Below are positions 57,715 through 64,000 of a stretch of DNA of 64,000 nucleotides, in pieces (position 1 is the first letter of the stretch; every line of letters begins with the position of its first letter). The DNA is taken from the NCBI GenBank assembly GCA_937921305.1, contig CAKZSU010000004.1, positions 22,316-86,315 on the forward strand. The letters run 5' to 3'. Under the pieces are notes generated by a model that searched no databases, was not told where the DNA came from, and worked only from the letters and a program-made list of their open reading frames with translations. The translations under genes were made by a program, and so were the position numbers. This DNA comes from an uncultured Patescibacteria group bacterium (GTDB lineage Bacteria; Patescibacteriota; Microgenomatia; UBA10105; UBA927).

Positions 57715-60700
57715 ATGGATAAAAAAGGACATTTTTCGCATATCATTGATTTTTCTGGTTTACAGATCAGCGTTGCTTCTTCGGAAGATATTTTGTCATG
57801 GTCGTATGGAGAGGTAACAAAACCAGAAACCATTAATTACCGAACGCTTAAACCGGAAAAAGACGGATTGTTTGACGAACGTATTTTTGGTCCAACAAAA
57901 GATTGGGAATGTTATTGCGGAAAATATAAACGCATTCGATATCGTGGCGTGGTCTGCGACAAGTGCGGCGTTGAAGTAACGCAGAGCAAAGTTCGTCGAG
58001 AACGGATGGGCCATATTACGCTTGCGTCGCCTGTCGCGCATGTGTGGTTTTTCAAAGGCGCGCCGTCAAAGCTTTCGTTGCTTCTTGATATGAGCCCAAG
58101 AGCATTGGAAGGCGTCATTTATTTCGCTCAATATCTTGTTTTATCGGTTGATGAAGAAAAGAGAGAGATAATTTTGAATCGTTTGCAGAATATCGAAGCA
58201 GATCGTTTTGTTGATGTTGACCAACGATTGAATGAAGAAAAAGAAAAGAAACATGCGCAATTTGAAGAAGAGAGAGAAAGAATTAAAGAAAAAATCGTTG
58301 CGAAAGAAGCGAGGGATCTTGCGTTTGCCGAACTTGAGTTAAAAGAGCGTCAAGAGATGAGCGCGCTTGAATTTCGATTTAATGAAGAGAAAAAGAAAAT
58401 TCAAGAAATACGCGATTGGCTTATCAATACAGTCAGATCATTAAAGCGACTTTCTACGTTGACAGAAGACGAATATTTGCGATTGTTTGAGTACGACGCA
58501 GTTGATTGTTTTGAAGTAAGAATGGGAGCGGAAGCAATTATTGAGGTTTTGAAGGCAATTGATCTTGCAAAACTTGCCGCCGATCTTCGAGAAGAGATAG
58601 CGGGTGCCACAGGGCAACGACATGTGAAAGCAACAAAACGTCTTCGTGTGGTTGATGGCATGAGAAAAGCGAATATTGATCCAACATGGTTGATTTTGAA
58701 ACATCTCCCTGTTATTCCTCCGGATCTTCGTCCAATGGTGCAATTGTCAGGCGGTCGTTTTGCGACAAGCGATTTAAATGATTTGTATCGACGCGTGATT
58801 AATAGAAATAATCGATTAAAGCATCTTATTCAATTAGGAGCGCCTGAGATTATTCTTCGCAATGAAAAACGCATGTTGCAAGAAGCGGTGGATAGCTTGA
58901 TTGACGCGACACAGCGTCCATCATCAAGAGTGGTTATTCAACCATTAAAATCTCTTTCCGACATGCTTCGAGGAAAACAAGGAAGATTTCGTCAAAATCT
59001 TTTAGGAAAACGCGTTGATTATTCCGGAAGATCTGTTATCATTGTTGGACCAGAGCTTTCATTGAATCAATGCGGTATTCCAAAAGAAATGGCGCTTGAA
59101 ATGTTTAAGCCGTTCGTTCTCCGAGAGTTGATTATTCGAGGCATTGCGCCAAATGTGAAAAACGCGAAAAATGTGTTGGAGCGACGAACGCCTGAAGTTT
59201 TCGATATTCTTGAAGAAATCACTAAACATCATCCTGTATTGCTAAACCGTGCGCCTACTCTTCATAAGTTGGGAATTCAAGCGTTTTATCCAATTTTGAT
59301 TGAAGGATCTGCTATACGAATTCATCCCTGTGTTTGCGCTGGATATAACGCGGATTTTGACGGCGATCAAATGGCTATTCACATTCCATTGTCAAAAAAA
59401 AGCCAAGAAGAAGCGAAAGAATTGATGCTTCCCACACATAATTTGCTCAAGCCAGCCGATGGATCGCCTATTACTGTTCCAAATAAAGAAATGGTGCTTG
59501 GATGTTATTACTTAACGACCATTGATGTCCAATGTGAAGACGAGAAAGAAGAAGAGTTGGCGATGTACGCAAGCAAAGAAGAAGCAATATATGCCTATCA
59601 AACAGGAAAACTTGGACTCCGCGTTCCGATTCGCGTTCGCTTTCCTTCTGGAATAATGACGACAACCGTAGGAAGAATGTTGTTCAATGAAGCGTTGCCA
59701 GAGGGGTTGCAGTATGTCAATGCGCCAGTAAAAGCAGCGATAGTGAAGTCGTTAATTACGAAGGCTCTTGCACAGTATCCTAAAGAAGAGGTTGTTAAGC
59801 TCATCGATAAAATAAAAGATATTGGATTTATGGGCGCGACGATTTGCGGAGGGCTTTCTGTATCTGTGTTTGATTGTGAAATGATTGAGGAGAAAGAAGA
59901 AATGGTGAAAGAAGCGGAGAGACGTGTTGCAGAAATTGATCAAAACTATCAAATGGGACTTATTACATTAGAAGAGAAGAAGCGACTTTCGAATGATGTA
60001 TGGATTGATGTTACCGAACGAATTGCCGACAAAACATGGGAAAGATTAGTGCCGAATAGTCCAGTGAAAATGATTATTGATTCTGGTGGAGCAAGAGCGT
60101 CAAAAGATCAATTAAAGCAATTATCGGCGATTAAAGGACTAGTGGTTGATCCATTAGGAAAAATTGTTGAATTGCCAACAAAGAGTAATTATCGAGAAGG
60201 GCTTTCTATTTTTGAATATGTGACAAGCACAAGAGGATCTCGAAAAGGATTAACAGATTCAGCGTTGAAAACCGCGGATGCCGGCTACCTCACGCGACGA
60301 TTATGTGATGTTGCGCACGACGCAATTATTCGCACGGAAGATTGCGGGTCAAAAGAGGGGTTGGAAATAACAAGAGATGAAAGCAGAACAGCGTCATTTG
60401 CATCTCGAATTGTTGGGCGGTATCTTGCGTCAGATGTAAAAACAGCGGATGGAGAGGTTCTTTTGTCGGCGGGATCATTAGTGCTCGAAGAACACATGGA
60501 GATACTGGATGCCCATAACATTCGCTCTGTTGTTGTTCGATCCCCAATGACGTGTCAAGCAAAAATTGGGTTATGTGTGAAATGCTATGGGAGAGATTTT
60601 TCAACCAATACCACAGTTGAATTAGGAACGCCAGTGGGAATTATTGCCGCGCAATCAATCGGCGAACCAGGCACGCAATTAACGATGCGCGTTCGCCACG

Positions 60701-61431
60701 CGGGAGGAATTGTTGGACTTGATGTGACACAGGGGCTTCCTCGCGTAGAAGAATTATTTGAGATGAGGATGCCAAAAGTTGTTTCTCCAATTGCAGAAAT
60801 ATCAGGAGCTGTTGAGGTTGTAGAAGGTGATAATGGATACACTGTGCTAATTCGGAATAAAGAAATGGGGTCCGACGAAGTTAAATATTCGCTTCCAAAA
60901 ACAACAGATCTTTTGGTAAAAGATGGTGACCTTATTGCGGCAGGCGATCAAATAGCTCGAGGAAGTTTAGATGTAAAGGAGATTTTGCGCGTTCGCGGTC
61001 TGCGCGCTGCTCAGCAGTACCTTATTCGCGAGATTCAGCGTGTGTACGAATCTCAGGGAATTACCATTAACGATAAACACTTTGAAGTGATTGTTCGAAA
61101 GATGAGCGATAAAGTTCGGATAGAACAATCTGGAGATACGACGCTTTTGCCCGGGGAATTAGTTGACGCGTCGAAATTTGAAGAAGAAAACGCCCGCGTC
61201 TTGGCAGAAGGAGGAGAGCCAGCAACTGCGCACGTTATTATTCTTGGAATTACTCGAGCATCATTGTTTACTGATTCTTGGTTGTCCGCCGCCTCGTTCC
61301 AAGAAACAACAAATGTATTAACCGATGCCTCGATAGCCGGAAAATTAGATAGATTGCTTGGATTGAAAGAAAACGTTATAATTGGGAGATTAATACCGGT
61401 AACGCCTGAACGAGCAAGAATAAAGGCGTAA
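57715..61431 (+). CDS. rpoC: DNA-directed RNA polymerase subunit beta'
   Basis: Zn-binding [32 protein letters not shown] catalytic motif, and the trigger loop / bridge helix region. Confidence 0.97.
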   Translation: MDKKGHFSHIIDFSGLQISVASSEDILSWSYGEVTKPETINYRTLKPEKDGLFDERIFGPTKDWECYCGKYKRIRYRGVVCDKCGVEVTQSKVRRERMGHITLASPVAHVWFFKGAPSKLSLLLDMSPRALEGVIYFAQYLVLSVDEEKREIILNRLQNIEADRFVDVDQRLNEEKEKKHAQFEEERERIKEKIVAKEARDLAFAELELKERQEMSALEFRFNEEKKKIQEIRDWLINTVRSLKRLSTLTEDEYLRLFEYDAVDCFEVRMGAEAIIEVLKAIDLAKLAADLREEIAGATGQRHVKATKRLRVVDGMRKANIDPTWLILKHLPVIPPDLRPMVQLSGGRFATSDLNDLYRRVINRNNRLKHLIQLGAPEIILRNEKRMLQEAVDSLIDATQRPSSRVVIQPLKSLSDMLRGKQGRFRQNLLGKRVDYSGRSVIIVGPELSLNQCGIPKEMALEMFKPFVLRELIIRGIAPNVKNAKNVLERRTPEVFDILEEITKHHPVLLNRAPTLHKLGIQAFYPILIEGSAIRIHPCVCAGYNADFDGDQMAIHIPLSKKSQEEAKELMLPTHNLLKPADGSPITVPNKEMVLGCYYLTTIDVQCEDEKEEELAMYASKEEAIYAYQTGKLGLRVPIRVRFPSGIMTTTVGRMLFNEALPEGLQYVNAPVKAAIVKSLITKALAQYPKEEVVKLIDKIKDIGFMGATICGGLSVSVFDCEMIEEKEEMVKEAERRVAEIDQNYQMGLITLEEKKRLSNDVWIDVTERIADKTWERLVPNSPVKMIIDSGGARASKDQLKQLSAIKGLVVDPLGKIVELPTKSNYREGLSIFEYVTSTRGSRKGLTDSALKTADAGYLTRRLCDVAHDAIIRTEDCGSKEGLEITRDESRTASFASRIVGRYLASDVKTADGEVLLSAGSLVLEEHMEILDAHNIRSVVVRSPMTCQAKIGLCVKCYGRDFSTNTTVELGTPVGIIAAQSIGEPGTQLTMRVRHAGGIVGLDVTQGLPRVEELFEMRMPKVVSPIAEISGAVEVVEGDNGYTVLIRNKEMGSDEVKYSLPKTTDLLVKDGDLIAAGDQIARGSLDVKEILRVRGLRAAQQYLIREIQRVYESQGITINDKHFEVIVRKMSDKVRIEQSGDTTLLPGELVDASKFEEENARVLAEGGEPATAHVIILGITRASLFTDSWLSAASFQETTNVLTDASIAGKLDRLLGLKENVIIGRLIPVTPERARIKA

Positions 61432-61448
61432 TTACAACAGTATTTATT

Positions 61449-61883
61449 ATGCCAACAATCAATCAACTTATCAGAAAAAGTCGAAAAAGAAAAGTCTCAA
61501 AGATTAAAGCAACAGCGCTTCGAAAATTTTTTAACGCAAAATATCGTATTGTGAAAAATCTTCCCGCTCCATTTAAGCGTGGAGTTGTGACATTGGTGAA
61601 AACCATGACGCCCAAAAAACCAAACTCTGCGCTTCGAAAGATTGCCCGTGTTCGTCTCTCTAATAGACAAGAAGTCACGGCGTATATCGGAGGGATAGGA
61701 CATTCGCTAAATGAACACGCGATTGTGTTGGTCCGAGGCGGTCGCGTTCCTGATCTTCCTGGAGTCAAGTATCATATTGTTCGCGGAAAATATGATATGA
61801 CTGGTGTTGAAAATAGAAAGCAAGGAAGAAGCCGCTATGGAACAAAGAAGACGCAAGGACCGCAAGCGGCCAAAGCAAATTAA
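61449..61883 (+). CDS. rpsL: 30S ribosomal protein uS12
   Basis: [10 protein letters not shown]...[19 protein letters not shown]...[38 protein letters not shown]. Confidence 0.95.
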   Translation: MPTINQLIRKSRKRKVSKIKATALRKFFNAKYRIVKNLPAPFKRGVVTLVKTMTPKKPNSALRKIARVRLSNRQEVTAYIGGIGHSLNEHAIVLVRGGRVPDLPGVKYHIVRGKYDMTGVENRKQGRSRYGTKKTQGPQAAKAN

Positions 61884-61889
61884 TGATCT

Positions 61890-62363
61890 ATGAGAAGTGG
61901 AAACGTACCAAAACGAATGCTAGAACCAGATCCATTGTATGGTAATCGCTTACTCACACGCTTAATTAATCGCGTTATGAGAAATGGGAAAAAAACTGTT
62001 GCTCAAAAGCAAGTATATCAAGCTCTTGATCTGATCAAAGAAAAAGGAGAAGATCCTATTAAAGTTTTTGAACTTGCTATCTCTACTGTGGGACCAAAAG
62101 TTGAAGTAAAGTCTAGAAGAGTTGGCGGAGCGTCATATCAAGTTCCTATGGAGGTAAAAGGCGATCGTCGCATTTCTCTTGCGATTCGTTGGATTGTGAC
62201 ACTTGCGAGAAAACGATCGAATAGAGAATATCATACGTACGCGGAAAAGCTTGCGGCGGAACTTATGGACGCGGCGAAGGGGCAAGGAGAAGCGATTAAA
62301 AAGCGAGACACTGTCCTTCGCATGGCGGATGCTAATCGAGCGTTCTCTCACTTCCGTTGGTAA
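61890..62363 (+). CDS. rpsG: 30S ribosomal protein uS7
   Basis: Canonical S7 sequence with a C-terminus ending ...ANRAFSHFRW. Confidence 0.95.
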   Translation: MRSGNVPKRMLEPDPLYGNRLLTRLINRVMRNGKKTVAQKQVYQALDLIKEKGEDPIKVFELAISTVGPKVEVKSRRVGGASYQVPMEVKGDRRISLAIRWIVTLARKRSNREYHTYAEKLAAELMDAAKGQGEAIKKRDTVLRMADANRAFSHFRW

Positions 62364-62974
62364 TGGAAGAAGGTATTGTCTGTCACTTCAAAAATATAGA
62401 TCCCTTACTGGCGAATCTTCTTTCTCGCATAAAACCATTTACGATAAAACGATCAGAGAATTTGTTCTTTGCGTTGATTTCTTCGATTGTGTATCAACAA
62501 TTATCAACGAAAGCTGGTGACGCGATTCTTCAACGATTTATTGATCGGTTTGGAGCCGATGTTTCTCCTTTTCAAATTCTTTCTCATAACAAAGAAGTTC
62601 TTCGGAACATTGGAATTTCATGGACAAAGACACATACGATCTACAATCTTTCGCTTCTTGTTCAAGAAGGGGAATTGCGTTTTGAGTTGCTCTGTGAAGC
62701 GACAGACGAAGAGGTTATTCAGCATCTTATTGCTATACGTGGCATAGGTCGATGGACAGCGGAAATGTTTTTAATGTTTGGGCTGGGAAGAAAGGATGTG
62801 TTTTCTTTTCAAGATGTTGGATTACAACGAGCTATTCAGCGGTTGTATAATCTTTCTGAGAGACCGACAAAATCTGATATGGAGCGAATAAGTTCGATAT
62901 GGAAACCGTACAGAACATACGCGGCGTACATTCTTTGGAGAAGTTTGTCGCTGGATGAAAAATTATTGCGATAA
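62363..62974 (+). CDS. alkA: HhH-GPD DNA glycosylase (AlkA-like 3-methyladenine DNA glycosylase II)
   Basis: IRGIGRWTAEMFLMFGLGRKDVFSFQDVGLQRA matches the HhH-GPD motif with the catalytic Asp. The ATG overlaps the rpsG stop (TAATG). Confidence 0.7.
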   Translation: MEEGIVCHFKNIDPLLANLLSRIKPFTIKRSENLFFALISSIVYQQLSTKAGDAILQRFIDRFGADVSPFQILSHNKEVLRNIGISWTKTHTIYNLSLLVQEGELRFELLCEATDEEVIQHLIAIRGIGRWTAEMFLMFGLGRKDVFSFQDVGLQRAIQRLYNLSERPTKSDMERISSIWKPYRTYAAYILWRSLSLDEKLLR

Positions 62975-63421
62975 CGCCGCGAGAAGTTGTTTGCACCACT
63001 CTTCGATCAATTCCGTATTTTCAGCTTGTTGATAGTAGAATTTATCGATTCGAAGAGATGGGATAATCTGCGATCCATTCCACTGTTTTACCCATTCTTC
63101 CATAACATCCACCGAGCCAGTAAAAATTTTATAGGAAGAATCTCCGAGTCCGAAGATGGCAACCTTTTTGCCTTCAAGCGTTTTGCCTTCCATTTTTCTT
63201 TTGAATTCCCAAAAATCATCATGTGGTTGTCCTTCTTTTCCATCATAATCCCAACTTGGAGACCCAAGGATAATGACATCGTATGAAGAGAGTTCGTTTG
63301 GTTCGGTATCTATGATGCGTTTGACATTGACCGTATGTTTTGAGGAGAGATGGTCGGCGATCATTTGCGATGCCATTTCCGTTCCTCCGGAATTTGTTGC
63401 GTAGAAAATACCTATATTCAT
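62963..63421 (-). CDS. fldA: Flavodoxin (long-chain)
   Basis: MNIGIFYATNSGGTE FMN-binding (T/S)xTG(x)T-type loop, and IILGSPSWDYDG. Start moved to MNIGIF from the longer ORF call at 63598. Confidence 0.8.
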   Translation of the reverse strand: MNIGIFYATNSGGTEMASQMIADHLSSKHTVNVKRIIDTEPNELSSYDVIILGSPSWDYDGKEGQPHDDFWEFKRKMEGKTLEGKKVAIFGLGDSSYKIFTGSVDVMEEWVKQWNGSQIIPSLRIDKFYYQQAENTELIEEWCKQLLAALSQ

Positions 63422-63504
63422 AGTAGGTGTATCATGATCTAAATTATTCTTCTTGTCAAGCATTCCGTAATGCGATAGTGTAGATAGTAAGAAGGAGGAC
63501 ACGT

Positions 63505-63792
63505 ATGAAGAAAAAAACTGCCCGATCGTCAAAAGCGGTATCGGTAAAAAAAACAAAAATTGTTTCCGTTCCGTCAAAAGATGTTTCACTGCTTGCAAAT
63601 GAAGAAATTCGAAGCTTTTTTGTCCATCTTATTCTTTATTTATTGGGAAATGTAGGCCTCTTTGTTTACTTATACAGCACAAATGGAAATCTTACAATAT
63701 TTTATTGGGTAGTAATTGGGTGGGGAGTTGGCGTGGTTGCTCATGCGATGGCGGTGTTTGGTGTGATGAAATTTTTAGCGAAAGAATGGTAA
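63505..63792 (+). CDS. Small two-TM membrane protein, unknown function
   Basis: Strong AAGGAGG RBS 7 nt upstream. Lys-rich N-terminus and two hydrophobic helices. Confidence 0.4.
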   Translation: MKKKTARSSKAVSVKKTKIVSVPSKDVSLLANEEIRSFFVHLILYLLGNVGLFVYLYSTNGNLTIFYWVVIGWGVGVVAHAMAVFGVMKFLAKEW

Positions 63793-63802
63793 AATACATA
63801 GT

Positions 63803-64000
63803 ATGTCGATGACCATTCAGTGTCCTCATTGTGGCGCGGCGTTGGAGATAACAGAAGCGTTGCTCTCTCAAGTTCGTTCTCATATTCTTTCCGATTTGAA
63901 AAAACAACAGAAAGAACAGCTTGAATTGGAGCGAAAGAAATTGGAAGAAGAGCTTCAAAAGCGATGGGAAGAAAAAACATCCCTGGAATTTCAAGATTTA
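63803..64000 (+). CDS. Zinc-ribbon (CPHCGA) protein followed by a coiled coil, truncated by the window end
   Basis: MSMTIQCPHCGAALEIT..., then a KE-rich helical region. The ORF runs off the window end in frame. Confidence 0.3.
   Translation, partial: MSMTIQCPHCGAALEITEALLSQVRSHILSDLKKQQKEQLELERKKLEEELQKRWEEKTSLEFQDL

Overview
This 64-kb window reads as a chromosomal segment from a small-genome, moderately AT-rich bacterium. The gene content and minimal protein architectures suggest a CPR/Patescibacteria-like organism: IF-2 is 489 aa, MetRS 474 aa, AlaRS lacks the C-Ala domain, DnaJ has no Zn finger, HrcA is 241 aa. Coding density is high and mostly housekeeping. Recognisable genes are uppP, metG, tatD, rmuC, two uvrD-family helicases (one fused to a Cas4/AddB-type nuclease), rpsT, murJ, the CIRCE-hrcA-grpE-dnaK-dnaJ operon, nusA-infB-nrnA, rpsO-pnp, a Lon-like AAA+ ATPase, rnj, typA, ftsK, a rodZ-like gene, alaS, a sortase, mltG, a standalone Cas4-like nuclease, rpoB-rpoC-rpsL-rpsG, an alkA-like glycosylase and a flavodoxin. 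Accessory or envelope content includes a four-gene polyprenyl-phosphate/glycosyltransferase cluster (UbiA-family, GT4 WecA-like, GT-C, GT2). There is also a tandem FemAB-family pair, an rpsT-pilN-pilO operon ending in a surface protein, two secreted proteins with an IPxTG C-terminal sorting-signal-like motif, and a GH39-like glycosidase. A 1.9-kb island at 47.5-49.4 kb has low GC and low coding density and contains only small orphan ORFs. No rRNA, tRNA or CRISPR array was recognised. Regulatory elements seen directly are a near-consensus CIRCE overlapping a sigma70-like promoter, several TTGACG-17-TATAAT-type promoters placed within about 10 nt of start codons (suggesting leaderless mRNAs), an rpsO-pnp leader hairpin covering the pnp start codon, a palindromic terminator-like element between divergent typA and ftsK, and a hairpin plus U-tract upstream of rpoB. 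All functional calls rest on motif recognition by eye; no database searches were run.
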